Shown here: piece after piece, positions 1 through 9,263 of the stretch
Layout of the letters: each line of letters opens with the position of its first letter
How positions within the stretch are numbered: position 1 is the first letter of the stretch
Origin: a virus
Reading direction: 5' to 3' (one strand)
DNA length: 64,000 bases
Virus record (IMG/VR): IMGVR_UViG_3300044979_000004
Coordinates: 1 to 64,000 of that record
Notes under the pieces: generated by a model
Database searches by the model: none
The model's input: only the letters and a program-made list of their open reading frames with translations
Told to the model about the DNA's origin: nothing
Made by a program: the position numbers and the translations under genes

Positions 1-330
1 GGTCTGCGCTTCTCAGGTCTGCGCTTCTCAGGTCTGCGCCGCTCAGGTTTGCGCCGCTCAGGTTTGCGCTTCTCAGGTCTGCGCTTCTCAGGTCTGCGCC
101 GCTCAGGTTTGCGCCGCTCAGGTTTGCGCTTCTCAGGTCTGCGCTTCTCAGGTCTGCGCTTCTCAGGTTTGCGCCGCTCAGGTTTGCGCCGCTCAGGTTT
201 GCGCTTCTCAGGTTTGCGCCGCTCAGGTCTGCGCTTCTCAGGTCTGCGCTTCTCAGGTTTGCGCTTCTCAGGTCTGCGCTTCTCAGGTTTGCGCCGCTCA
301 GGTTTGCGCCGCTCAGGTTTGCGCCGCTCA
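1..330. repeat. 22 tandem copies of a 15-bp unit GGT(C/T)TGCGC(TT/CG)CTCA
   Basis: Directly visible; each unit encodes one pentapeptide repeat on the minus strand. Confidence 0.95.
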
Positions 331-394
331 GGGTATCCGCGTTAACAGTGTGGATTACACTTCCATTCCAACGATTTTTGATTTGAATTGACAT
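1..394 (-). CDS. Pentapeptide repeat protein (3' end runs off the window)
   Basis: Not in the ORF track. Minus strand reads [42 protein letters not shown]..., i.e. A(N/D)L(S/R)(G/S) pentapeptide units; ATG at 394. Confidence 0.9.
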   Translation of the reverse strand, partial: MSIQIKNRWNGSVIHTVNADTLSGANLSGANLSGANLRSADLRSANLRSADLRSADLSGANLRSANLSGANLSGANLRSADLRSADLRSANLSGANLSGADLRSADLRSANLSGANLSGADLRSADLRSAD

Positions 395-453
395 TTTCTT
401 TCATCCTTTTCTGTGCCTAAGGCACGGTTGAATTGCAGTTAGTTGATTGGTGA

Positions 454-1986
454 CTATTCCTCTCTCATCTTTCTGCCGGACGATGTTTCCATGACGTTTG
501 AGGTTTGAACGGCTCCATCCCAATTGTAGATGCCGTCATAAGACGCTGAGAGATACTTGCCTGATGAATCGCGCCTCAGTGCATCGATTCTAGCCTTATC
601 CGATACGGTAACAGGGACAATGTATTGCCCTGCCTGCTTAAGTGTGAGCTTAAGAGTGTGCGCCGTGTATGCACAGTTCTTAATCTCCGCCCCCGTCCAT
701 CCTTCGTCATTCGGCAATTCTGAATCAGTCATACCAAACTTTTGCTTATAGATATCCCATATCTTGTTTCTCTCATCCTGCGTAGCAGGCGCATCGAAAA
801 AGAATGTGGCAGCGCTAAACCGTCTCTTCAATTCGGGGGGGAGTGAGTTTACAGAGTTGCAAGTGGCCAGCATTAAAACCCGTCCGCCCGATATGGAATC
901 AATCATCCCTTGCGCATTGCGCAGGTACTCGTTAGAACTGCCAACGATGCCAGATTCCATGGCCGCGATATCAAACTTTATCGCAGGAATGCCGTACTTA
1001 TTCCCGATTGCCTTTGCAAGAGCGGACTTGCCCACTCCCGGTATCCCGAGTGAGAGAATACCTCGAATCTGCTTGTCTTCAGTCCATTCCAGCATGGTGC
1101 CGAGTTGTTTGGTTGATACTCCAGACATATCGGTTCCGGACCCTGCGAACCCCTTCTCTATCTCATCCATAAAAAGGATGAGGTTAGGCGGATTCAGACC
1201 TTCACATACTTGGCAGAGGTATTGCTTTACCTGATTCAATCCCCCGATATCGTCAAGTGTTTCTTTTCCGCTCAAAACCTGCAAACCTCTAGTTTGGTTA
1301 ATGGCTTGCCGTTTGCGCTCCCATAATTGATCGATGTCTAACTTTCCAGCTTTCTTGTCAATGCACATAGCTACGGATTGCTCACTCGGAAAGTAAGGCA
1401 ATCCGATTAAAGCTTTCGTTGCGCCGTCTAAGACCTCCGCTTTAGGTTCGGGGAGCTTGGCGAATTCAAAGATGGATTTAACGCATGCCTGAAGTATCTC
1501 AGCGGTGGGCAATGGCTCATCCAAAACTAAAATATCGTTCGATAGTTCCATAGGTAGAATTGATCCCGAACCTGTAAGGAGGATTAGCATCTTTCCGCCT
1601 TGTTTGAACGTGTCACGCAGGTTCCAAACCCCTTGGATCACATTAGGGTCATTCCCCCAAAAGAGATGAGCATTTGAAATGAAGAGAATGCTATCCTCTG
1701 GCAGTGAATCGGCCATGACTAGGCATTCGGTCAAAACCCGCGTTACCTCATTCTGTGCGCCTAGTTTGGCCAAGGTTTGAGTAATCGCCTTTCCGCCTGC
1801 GTCATTCAATCCCTGCCATCCCTTCAGGCAATCCCAAAGGATGAGGCTATATGGGGTTTGGGTTTTGAGGTTTTTAATCCCCTCTGTAGTCGAGTGGGCA
1901 TCATACGTCCGAATGCAGGCTAACGGCACTCCCGCCCGTAATGCTGCCTTGTACTGCTCATGGAACGATAGAGACATTTGAGTCAC
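454..1986 (-). CDS. AAA+ ATPase, Ycf46/SpoVK-like, with rearranged Walker motifs
   Basis: DIGGL box, ILFMDEIEK (Walker B), GIPGVGKS (Walker A), ATCN (sensor 1), LPPELKRRF, GWTGAEI. Confidence 0.85.
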   Translation of the reverse strand: MTQMSLSFHEQYKAALRAGVPLACIRTYDAHSTTEGIKNLKTQTPYSLILWDCLKGWQGLNDAGGKAITQTLAKLGAQNEVTRVLTECLVMADSLPEDSILFISNAHLFWGNDPNVIQGVWNLRDTFKQGGKMLILLTGSGSILPMELSNDILVLDEPLPTAEILQACVKSIFEFAKLPEPKAEVLDGATKALIGLPYFPSEQSVAMCIDKKAGKLDIDQLWERKRQAINQTRGLQVLSGKETLDDIGGLNQVKQYLCQVCEGLNPPNLILFMDEIEKGFAGSGTDMSGVSTKQLGTMLEWTEDKQIRGILSLGIPGVGKSALAKAIGNKYGIPAIKFDIAAMESGIVGSSNEYLRNAQGMIDSISGGRVLMLATCNSVNSLPPELKRRFSAATFFFDAPATQDERNKIWDIYKQKFGMTDSELPNDEGWTGAEIKNCAYTAHTLKLTLKQAGQYIVPVTVSDKARIDALRRDSSGKYLSASYDGIYNWDGAVQTSNVMETSSGRKMREE

Positions 1987-2018
1987 CTTTCAGCGTATTG
2001 AATACGCGGGTTAACGGG

Positions 2019-2636
2019 TTACGGTTTCCAAAAGAACACGGTGACCATTAAGGTTCTGCCCGTGCTATTGTACGTGTTAAATGCGTTGGGAAAGATTCTC
2101 CACCCTTGAGTGGGAAGCATATCATAAAACTCTTTTACTTGCCGTTTAAGTGTTCCACGTGGAACATTCGGCAATTGTCCGCGCCTACGAACATTTACCA
2201 GCATGTTAACTGCTAGTAGGGTTTTGGGCCGAGCATTAGCTAAGAATCTACCTAAGTTGCACATATTGTTACAGTTACTCATAACAGTATGTATTGCCTG
2301 CATACTGTCAAGATAATACAGCCCGTGCAAGTGTTTGCACCATTTAGCGAAATGAGTAAATGCATCCCCCTGAAAGAAAAGGCATTTAGGGTGCATGGCT
2401 GTGAATTCTTCACTGATATCATTTCTGTTAATACCAATGAATCGATCATTGAAATAGGGTTTCCATTGCTGCACATCAAAACTAGGGTGCAGATTCTCGC
2501 CATCAATACAGGACGGCACAGTAACGCATACGTCAAGACCGTTAGAACGATAATGGGTGAGCTTACGATACAGACTGATAATCGCTTTTCTGTGCCGATA
2601 CTTCGGGCTGAGATTGTAACCATTGTTGGCATCCAT
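2019..2636 (-). CDS. Hypothetical protein
   Basis: 205-aa ORF co-oriented and coupled with neighbours. Confidence 0.6.
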   Translation of the reverse strand: MDANNGYNLSPKYRHRKAIISLYRKLTHYRSNGLDVCVTVPSCIDGENLHPSFDVQQWKPYFNDRFIGINRNDISEEFTAMHPKCLFFQGDAFTHFAKWCKHLHGLYYLDSMQAIHTVMSNCNNMCNLGRFLANARPKTLLAVNMLVNVRRRGQLPNVPRGTLKRQVKEFYDMLPTQGWRIFPNAFNTYNSTGRTLMVTVFFWKP

Positions 2637-2724
2637 TACCGTATACCTCGCATGGTCTGTATTAGCAGTCCGATGAAAACCCGTGCATAGACTTCAATCG
2701 TATCGTACGGAGTGGATACTCTCA

Positions 2725-2910
2725 TTAGTTCCCATCCCGGTACTGTAAAGCAGTCTGGTACAGGGTAGCGCGTTTGGCATCCCTTGCAATCGCCTCACGG
2801 GTTACGGCTAGCAGTTGGGCTTTCCGGCGCATGGTCAGAATGTCCAATGCGAGAAAGATGCACACGGCCAGCAAAAAGAACGCTACGAAAATCAAGCTCA
2901 GAATCATCAT
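2725..2910 (-). CDS. Small single-pass membrane protein
   Basis: AAAGGAG RBS before ATG 2910; hydrophobic ILSLIFVAFFLLAVCIFLAL. Confidence 0.65.
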   Translation of the reverse strand: MMILSLIFVAFFLLAVCIFLALDILTMRRKAQLLAVTREAIARDAKRATLYQTALQYRDGN

Positions 2911-3394
2911 GGTTAGTTCTCCTTTAACTTGCATCTATGAGTATCGGCCATTTCTCCAAAAAGTGTCAATGGCAAACTATCAATATAGGGAGAAAATAGT
3001 TGCATGAGGTAACGCGGGTTTGGCCATTCGATTGCATACAAAACGGTCGAATTTTGTTACATTCTGTTACATTTATGCGTTTTGTTCAATGCTGGTGTAT
3101 AACATATTGATTCGATTGAATTTATACATACTGTTACATATCGTAACACTTTGATAGGCGTTTTTAATGGGTCACTCCCCCATAAAATCGACCCATGAGA
3201 GCCTAACCGGGTTAGCGTCGAAAATAGAGGCATTTACTAAATGGTAAACTTTTGCTGTAAGTTGTTGATTCTAAAGGGATGTTACTAACTTATAACTTTG
3301 TATTGCAGAGTATATACTATGTGAGCAATAGCTAACGGCGCAATAGGCGAAAATAAATATTCAAACTTAGAGAGTATGGCAAGTGACGTGCAAC

Positions 3395-3420
3395 AAAAAA
3401 CCCGCCCCATGAGGGACGGG
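3395..3420 (-). terminator. Rho-independent terminator
   Basis: Minus strand CCCGTCCC-TCAT-GGGGCGGG followed by TTTTTT. Confidence 0.8.
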
Positions 3421-3443
3421 CTAATTGCTAGCAGGCTGATAGG

Positions 3444-3623
3444 CTAGATGCTGGCGAGATACTTCCGCGCTGCATGTTTGGCTTGCTCAGCGGGCATATG
3501 CTTTGCGAAAATCGGCCTGATGGCATTGAAGCGGGCACCATAGGCAAGATTACCGGCCTGAGGCGCATGAGTCGATTTGAGAGCTTTGGTAAGCTGGCCT
3601 TTGACTGCCGGAGTCATTTTCAT
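3444..3623 (-). CDS. Small basic early protein (59 aa)
   Basis: Not in track: MKMTPAVKGQLTKALKSTHAPQAG...AARKYLASI*, GAAAGGA RBS, followed by the terminator. Confidence 0.6.
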   Translation of the reverse strand: MKMTPAVKGQLTKALKSTHAPQAGNLAYGARFNAIRPIFAKHMPAEQAKHAARKYLASI

Positions 3624-3683
3624 AGTTCATCCTTTCCGAGATGGGTTATGCGTATTTAATACGCGTATGGGGTTGGGCCTGCG

Positions 3684-3764
3684 TTAGAACATTGCCGCGA
3701 GCATAAAAGCAGTGAGGAACAGAGCAATCCGAAACTCCCATGTACGATACCATGCCGTTACCAT
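3684..3764 (-). CDS. Small hydrophobic peptide (26 aa)
   Basis: AAAGGAG RBS then MVTAWYRTWEFRIALFLTAFMLAAMF*. Confidence 0.5.
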   Translation of the reverse strand: MVTAWYRTWEFRIALFLTAFMLAAMF

Positions 3765-3918
3765 TTGATTCTCCTTTTCAAGGTTGAGGGTTAAAGGTTG
3801 ACGCGTATTTAATACGCGTATGAGGTAATGCTGAATCAATCTAACGGCATTGGATAGAGCTTTGAACATACAACGAATGGGGGAGATTGGTTAGACGCGC
3901 ATTGTTTACGCGTACGGG

Positions 3919-4005
3919 TTAGCGCTGCCGTCTATCTGCAATCCAGAGCAATACCGCTACCATGGCCAGGACGGTGAATAGATCATACAATTCGATACGG
4001 TGCAT
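3919..4005 (-). CDS. Small hydrophobic peptide (28 aa)
   Basis: AAGGGGG RBS then MHRIELYDLFTVLAMVAVLLWIADRRQR*. Confidence 0.45.
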   Translation of the reverse strand: MHRIELYDLFTVLAMVAVLLWIADRRQR

Positions 4006-4082
4006 GTAATCCCCCTTGCCTAGGAATAGAACATACCGGGCAAGTATATGTCAATGGGTTTTGTCTATAACACGTTAATGGG

Positions 4083-4622
4083 ATGGTAGAGACGCGTATT
4101 AAATACGCGTATGGGAGATTCGAGGAATATGGACAAAACGAGAATATGCAAAAACTGCACTACATAAAGACTAAGGCACTGGCGTATCAATATCAAATGA
4201 CTGACGACCAGTTCAAGGCTTTAATGAAGACGCAGGGAAACAAATGCCCGATATGCCTTTGCGTATTCGATACGCTCAAGGTTAAGCCATATATTGACCA
4301 TGACCATTCGTGCTGTGCTGGGCAAGTGACGTGTGGATCGTGCATACGCGGAATTCTATGCAATGCTTGCAATTCGCTGCTAGGCAAGCTGAAAGATTCT
4401 ACAAAGGCATTGCAACGCGCTATAGACTATCTAGACAAGCCTCACATCGTATTGCCGCCCTCACAGCCTGTCAAGCCTATACCTGTGCCGCCTGTCAAGC
4501 TAGAAGCTCTTGTTAAGGCGATGCCCATTTCTACCCCGTCTGAGGCCGCTCTGAAGCGTGAATTAGCTCGACGCAATTATGGACCTAGGCGCAGATTCTT
4601 CACTAGGCTGATAGTTAAGTGA
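4083..4622 (+). CDS. Endonuclease VII-like (His-Me) homing endonuclease
   Basis: QGNKCPIC...YIDHDH...IRGILCNACNSLLG; true start may be downstream. Confidence 0.85.
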   Translation: MVETRIKYAYGRFEEYGQNENMQKLHYIKTKALAYQYQMTDDQFKALMKTQGNKCPICLCVFDTLKVKPYIDHDHSCCAGQVTCGSCIRGILCNACNSLLGKLKDSTKALQRAIDYLDKPHIVLPPSQPVKPIPVPPVKLEALVKAMPISTPSEAALKRELARRNYGPRRRFFTRLIVK

Positions 4623-5041
4623 CCACTTAAGTGTCGAAAATCAAATGGATACATATGTGCGCAAAACTTGCTAATGAATACAAACCATGGTGACCATCCA
4701 TTAAAATCAACAATTTAAATGAGTTACACACGGCATACGCTCGGATGAGGCATTCTTGCCGTACACGTTTACAGCAACTTTAAGTTACTGAGTACTCACT
4801 TATTTATAAAGCCTTTAGAATCAGTAAGTCCCTAACCATCCCTTTTTTCGACCATGCCCGGCAGAGTCTCTCCACCATGCGGCTCGCGGCTGGACACGAG
4901 TCCCGGCCAGAAACTATCCACATCAGTCGGTAGGAGTCCCTAGGTATCTTTTTTGTATTCAGTAGGTTGTAGTACAGAAAAGGACGTTAACCATCCTTGT
5001 TAGTTCTTATATATGTATGCACACAAAAGAACCTCCAGTCA

Positions 5042-5881
5042 TTAGACGGGAGGTTCTTGTTTCATATATTTTAGCAATTGTTCCAAATCAGACACGCTTG
5101 AGTTTCTTTTTACCGTATTACATTTCAAGCATATAATTTTTACATTACCTTTTGTGTACCCTTTAAGAGAGTCTATTCTATCTAAAGACGGGCACCCTTC
5201 TTCCATAGGTCTTAATGGTACGCCCCAATTTAAAATCCTATTACATATAGGACAGCCCTCGGGAGGAGCAGTAAGTAACTCATCTCGGGCTCCATAGTCC
5301 CACTCTCGACCAGACACCTTGCATCTGTCTATGGCATTGCTAAACAACTTCTTGATCCTGCTCCCTCTGGATTCATACCAGGGTTTTGTAGTCTTTTTAG
5401 CTCTTTTCGGAACATGGCCAGTTAGGTACTTGGCGTAACGCCCTTTAGGTTGCTTCTCCCCGCATCCACATTTGCACAATCTATCCGCTCTTACCCTAAT
5501 TTTCCCGCCTCTCCTTTTTCTGCCAGCGGCTTTCTTACATTTTAACGAACAGTATTTCTTTAAGTGTGCGTAACAGGTTGCAGTGTTTACGGTAAAATTG
5601 GAGCTACACTCTTGCAAGGCACAAGTCCTAATTTCTACTTCTCCCCTGCCAATGGCTCGTTCCGCCCCCCGTTTCATAGCAACTGTACTCGGAGTAAAAT
5701 CACAACCGCAATGTTTCTTTCTATCCCTATACAGGTTGCGTCCGTCAACTACTAAAACAGTGCCACAATCACATATACAATTCCACATACTAGAAAACCG
5801 TACATCATTAGGAGCACGATCTTTTACATATAATTTTCCGAACTTGCACCCAGTCAAGTCTTTAGCTTTTGTTTTTACCAC
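5042..5881 (-). CDS. HNH-type homing endonuclease
   Basis: N-terminal DLTGCKFGKL...WNCICDCG and C-terminal CPIC...SLDRIDSLKGYTKGNVKIICLKCN. Confidence 0.8.
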   Translation of the reverse strand: MVKTKAKDLTGCKFGKLYVKDRAPNDVRFSSMWNCICDCGTVLVVDGRNLYRDRKKHCGCDFTPSTVAMKRGAERAIGRGEVEIRTCALQECSSNFTVNTATCYAHLKKYCSLKCKKAAGRKRRGGKIRVRADRLCKCGCGEKQPKGRYAKYLTGHVPKRAKKTTKPWYESRGSRIKKLFSNAIDRCKVSGREWDYGARDELLTAPPEGCPICNRILNWGVPLRPMEEGCPSLDRIDSLKGYTKGNVKIICLKCNTVKRNSSVSDLEQLLKYMKQEPPV

Positions 5882-5894
5882 GCAGTTCTATCCT

Positions 5895-6311
5895 TTATCG
5901 CCTGTAATTGGTTCCGCTCTCTAACAAGTCTTTCAAGTCTTCTATTTCTTCTTCCAACTCGGTGACCTTTCCTCTTAAATACTTTATAGCAAAGTCTTTC
6001 AGTTCTAGGCTATCCGCTGTCAAGAACCTGGTAGCGTCGAATACGTCCTTGTCCGTTACTGGTCCTTTAGGGACTTCTGGTACAACAGTGTCAAGCGGGC
6101 TGTCATCTACAGGTCCGTGGTGGGCAGACTTTGTGTACGCTTTACTCGATTCCTTCGTATTTAATACGTTTGTAGGGCAAGTCTCCACATGCTCTAGACT
6201 ATGGGTGCATCCTGGGCACGGGTGCAGATCGTCATGTAGGATTTTCTCAGGTTGCGTATCTAATACGTTTACGCTTATCACTGACGTGGTTTCTAGTTTA
6301 TATCCGAACAT
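5895..6311 (-). CDS. Hypothetical protein
   Basis: 138-aa ORF with RBS in a tightly packed minus-strand operon. Confidence 0.6.
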   Translation of the reverse strand: MFGYKLETTSVISVNVLDTQPEKILHDDLHPCPGCTHSLEHVETCPTNVLNTKESSKAYTKSAHHGPVDDSPLDTVVPEVPKGPVTDKDVFDATRFLTADSLELKDFAIKYLRGKVTELEEEIEDLKDLLESGTNYRR

Positions 6312-6312
6312 A

Positions 6313-6501
6313 CTACTCTCCTCTCAATTTCTTCTCTAGCAACTCGATCTGGGACTCCAGGGACAGAATCCTGTTGGTTTGCTGCTGAATCTTTACCAAC
6401 AACTCATCATAACCGTTTACAAAGTGAACTGCACATGGGCCGGAATGGTGCTTCGCTCGGCTACAATAACATCCGGGTGGTTGTAGTTTAGAACAATTCA
6501 T
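6313..6501 (-). CDS. Small Cys/His-containing protein
   Basis: CYCSRAKHHSGPCA motif plus short coiled coil; ATGA overlap with upstream gene. Confidence 0.55.
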   Translation of the reverse strand: MNCSKLQPPGCYCSRAKHHSGPCAVHFVNGYDELLVKIQQQTNRILSLESQIELLEKKLRGE

Positions 6502-7118
6502 GCCTCATCTCTGATCTTTCTTGGTCCAGTGGCCGGTGCCATCACGCTCTTAGTCGGTACCGGGGCAGCAGGCTGACTTGCTGATGATACGTTGGCAGCA
6601 TCCTGTCCGGTTTGTGCCAGTCCCCCTAGAAGACCCTGCAATCCTTGAAGTCCTGGGCCTTGTTGCTGACTTTGTTGCTGTTGGGCTTGCTCTTTCTGTA
6701 CAGCCTGAGACTGCTTATCCTTATACATCTGCTCAAGTAATTTGAGTTTATCTTGTTGTGTTGTCAGTTGCTCGTTGATCTTAGAACCGTTCAAGAAGCT
6801 TTTCTTCTTCTTGGTATTCCTTATCATGGCTTTTTGTAGTTCTATCTGCTGTTTAAGTTTTGCCTTTTGGTCTTCATCGTCTACCAAACTGTCAATAGTT
6901 TGACCAAGTTTGTACGCCATATCGTTTGACAAATCCTTCAGAGTCACATAATCGTCATAGCTATTTACAGGAAGTATTTGACCAGGAGGCGGCTCTAGGG
7001 TATTTGCGGCCAGCGGTTTGTACATAAACTTATCAAGCACGTTTGGAGTATCATAGTTCAAAATATCACCCATGCAATCGTCCGGTAATTTTAGCGTATT
7101 AAATACGTCAAGTGTCAC
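6498..7118 (-). CDS. Hypothetical coiled-coil, Gln-rich protein
   Basis: 206-aa ORF ending GPRKIRDEA. Confidence 0.6.
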   Translation of the reverse strand: MTLDVFNTLKLPDDCMGDILNYDTPNVLDKFMYKPLAANTLEPPPGQILPVNSYDDYVTLKDLSNDMAYKLGQTIDSLVDDEDQKAKLKQQIELQKAMIRNTKKKKSFLNGSKINEQLTTQQDKLKLLEQMYKDKQSQAVQKEQAQQQQSQQQGPGLQGLQGLLGGLAQTGQDAANVSSASQPAAPVPTKSVMAPATGPRKIRDEA

Positions 7119-7456
7119 TACGCCTCATCTCTGATCAGCCGTCCGGGTCTTTGCTCTTTAACCTGTGCCCCATCGTGCTTATGCTGGTCGCAGAATATCC
7201 CTAACTGTATCCATATATCATCTGGCACTTTCAACATAGTGATCTTGTCGAAGTCGATCTGTAGAATCTCTTGACAGGATTTGCAGTAGGCGCGGCAGTC
7301 CATCCCTCCGGATACAAGGTGTCTGGATTGGAGGACTACGTTAAAATTCGAGAGTCGAGCAATACCAATCATGGTTTCTTGCTCGATCCCTCGCTTAGAG
7401 TTTGCGTACAGAGACGACGCGGGGCCTCCGAATTTTATCTCTGCGCCAAAGTCCAT
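7118..7456 (-). CDS. Hypothetical protein (possible Zn ligands)
   Basis: CKSC...FCDQHKH; ends PGRLIRDEA. Confidence 0.6.
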   Translation of the reverse strand: MDFGAEIKFGGPASSLYANSKRGIEQETMIGIARLSNFNVVLQSRHLVSGGMDCRAYCKSCQEILQIDFDKITMLKVPDDIWIQLGIFCDQHKHDGAQVKEQRPGRLIRDEA

Positions 7457-7457
7457 G

Positions 7458-8135
7458 CTAGTCCTTTTCTATTTCTATCAGCCACGGCTTATTAACCGGC
7501 TCATATGCTTCATTACAGATTGCCGCATTGTAGAATTCTGTTCCGTTGGTACCGTACAAGTTTGTGTGCCCGTATCCGCCGTGAATATGGCCGAAGATAT
7601 GTACCCTTGGTCTGATCTTTTCAACCGCATCCATCAAATCTCGGCATCCTAGATGGTCATACGCGCCGAAATATGGCTCGGTTAGAGGCACCATTTTGTC
7701 AAGAATACCATGCGGCGGTCCATGGGTGATCAGAACGTCCGTGTCGGCAGGAATATTATCCCAATACTCCTTAATCTTCGGGCCACGGTGGACGTTAAAG
7801 GCCCAGTCATAAAACCACGGCTGGATTGGTGAGCCGTAGAATTTGAATCCGGCGATGTCTACTCCACTGTCTTGCAGGTAGATCACTCCTCGATCAAACT
7901 TTGACAGGCAGTAAGAGATGTCAGACTCAAACATCCGGTCATGATTCCCGGCCACTAGAATTTTATCATTGTGCGGTTGGGCAGAGAACCACTCCCCGAA
8001 GTCCTTAACCTCGGAGTGCCGGTATCCTGATCCCATCAGGTCGCCTGCAAACACTAACACATCAGCATCAGGCAGTTTTACTGACCGATGGTAGGTATGG
8101 GTGTCTGAGAAAGCTGCGATACTAAGCTTGGACAT
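7458..8135 (-). CDS. Calcineurin-like metallophosphoesterase
   Basis: SDTH, AGDL, AGNHD, ITHGPP, FGHIH motifs. Confidence 0.92.
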   Translation of the reverse strand: MSKLSIAAFSDTHTYHRSVKLPDADVLVFAGDLMGSGYRHSEVKDFGEWFSAQPHNDKILVAGNHDRMFESDISYCLSKFDRGVIYLQDSGVDIAGFKFYGSPIQPWFYDWAFNVHRGPKIKEYWDNIPADTDVLITHGPPHGILDKMVPLTEPYFGAYDHLGCRDLMDAVEKIRPRVHIFGHIHGGYGHTNLYGTNGTEFYNAAICNEAYEPVNKPWLIEIEKD

Positions 8136-8307
8136 TCTCTTCTACCCTTTCAACAGACAGCCAAGTGCCGCTTGCGTAGACTTTTACCATGACGTTCCCA
8201 TTAGTTACAAATAGCCTATCACCTTTTGATACTAAAAAAGAATCAGCAGTAACTGTCTCAACTGCTGATTCGCCATTTACGTTTACTCTTACTCTGATTG
8301 TTGACAT
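8122..8307 (-). CDS. Hypothetical protein
   Basis: AGAGGAG RBS before MSTIRV... Confidence 0.55.
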   Translation of the reverse strand: MSTIRVRVNVNGESAVETVTADSFLVSKGDRLFVTNGNVMVKVYASGTWLSVERVEENVQA

Positions 8308-8906
8308 TATTTCTCCTCTTTGTTCCAAATCTTTTCAAATTTCTTAGGCTTCCAAGTTGCCTGCTTTGCGTCCATCTTCTTCTTCACATACTCAATAGAG
8401 ATTGGGAAGAAGTTCTGAGCGTCAACTCCCACGTCAAAGCACAGTGGCGATTCGTCCATTGTACTCGATGGGTTAGCTTCCGGCAAAGCGGAATGTGAGT
8501 GGCCGTACAAATGGTAGGCTCCACGGTGACTACCATTCCACACTCTACAGGCGTAGTGGTGTAGGTAGATGTTTGGAAAGCCTTTTATCTGCAAGTTATA
8601 TGCGTCTCTGACGAATACAAAACTATCTTGAAGAATCTTATTATCAATTATGCGTTCGTCATGGTTGCCATAAATGAAATGATGTCTTCCGTTCAGAGCA
8701 TACCGAATCTCAAGGCACTCCTTGAGAGGGCATGTTTTCCAGAACATATCGCCTAGATGGAACACGTCATCGTTTTTACCAACTACCGAGTTGTGGTTGG
8801 CAATTAGTTTTTCCTTCATGTCCTGCAATCCGGAAAACGGCCTTCCTGTAAACCGGATGATGTTCAAATGTCCAAAATGTTCATCGGATGTGAAATGGGT
8901 TCCCAT
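8307..8906 (-). CDS. Calcineurin-like metallophosphoesterase
   Basis: FTSDEHFGH, HLGD, GNHD, LYGHSH, DVGVD; start moved to 8906 (AAGGA RBS; the longer ORF overlaps tRNA-Ser). Confidence 0.9.
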   Translation of the reverse strand: MGTHFTSDEHFGHLNIIRFTGRPFSGLQDMKEKLIANHNSVVGKNDDVFHLGDMFWKTCPLKECLEIRYALNGRHHFIYGNHDERIIDNKILQDSFVFVRDAYNLQIKGFPNIYLHHYACRVWNGSHRGAYHLYGHSHSALPEANPSSTMDESPLCFDVGVDAQNFFPISIEYVKKKMDAKQATWKPKKFEKIWNKEEK

Positions 8907-8920
8907 GTGTTCCTTTCTTG

Positions 8921-9015
8921 TGGAGGATGGCGTGTGATTCGAACACACGGAACCGGGTTCTGGCCGGTCCTTCGGTTTTCAGGACCGATGCCTTAAACCG
9001 CTCGGCCAGCCATCC
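8921..9015 (-). tRNA. tRNA-Ser(UGA)
   Basis: GGATGGC/GCCATCC acceptor, long variable arm, TCGGT-CCTGAAA-ACCGA anticodon arm (C33), CCA end. Confidence 0.9.
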
Positions 9016-9033
9016 TAATTCAATTGTAACTTT

Positions 9034-9062
9034 ATTATACCACAGGTCGCAGAAAAATGCAA
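9034..9062 (-). promoter_or_regulatory. Sigma70-type promoter
   Basis: TTGCAT-17-TATAAT with TG extension, upstream of tRNA-Ser. Confidence 0.7.
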
Positions 9063-9099
9063 GAGGTTTGTAGAAATTTTCGGGGGTTTTGACACAGGA

Positions 9100-9186
9100 T
9101 GGTCGGCCCAGAGGGACTTGAACCCCCATGCCCATTAGGGCGCTTGATTCTAAGTCAAGTGCGTCTGCGAATTTCGCCATGGGCCG
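9100..9186 (-). tRNA. tRNA-Leu(UAG)
   Basis: CGGCCCA/TGGGCCG acceptor, CTTGA-CTTAGAA-TCAAG arm, long variable arm, ACCA. Confidence 0.92.
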
Positions 9187-9190
9187 AATT

Positions 9191-9263
9191 TGGTGCCGGA
9201 GGCAGGCTTTGCACCTACTTCGGAAAGGTTATGAGCCTTCCTAGCACTGCTACGCGCCCCGGC
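9191..9263 (-). tRNA. tRNA with CAU anticodon (Met or Ile2), atypical D arm and T loop
   Basis: GCCGGGG/CTCCGGC acceptor, GAAGG-CTCATAA-CCTTT arm, T loop TGCAAAG, ACCA. Confidence 0.75.

Noticed and set aside
49-345. Plus-strand Arg/Ser-rich repeat ORF, or a CRISPR-like array
   Set aside because: It is the antisense shadow of the minus-strand pentapeptide gene; units are contiguous with no spacers.
8881-9180. 99-aa ORF and the extended N-terminus of ORF 8307-8948
   Set aside because: They overlap tRNA-Leu, tRNA-Ser and a promoter.
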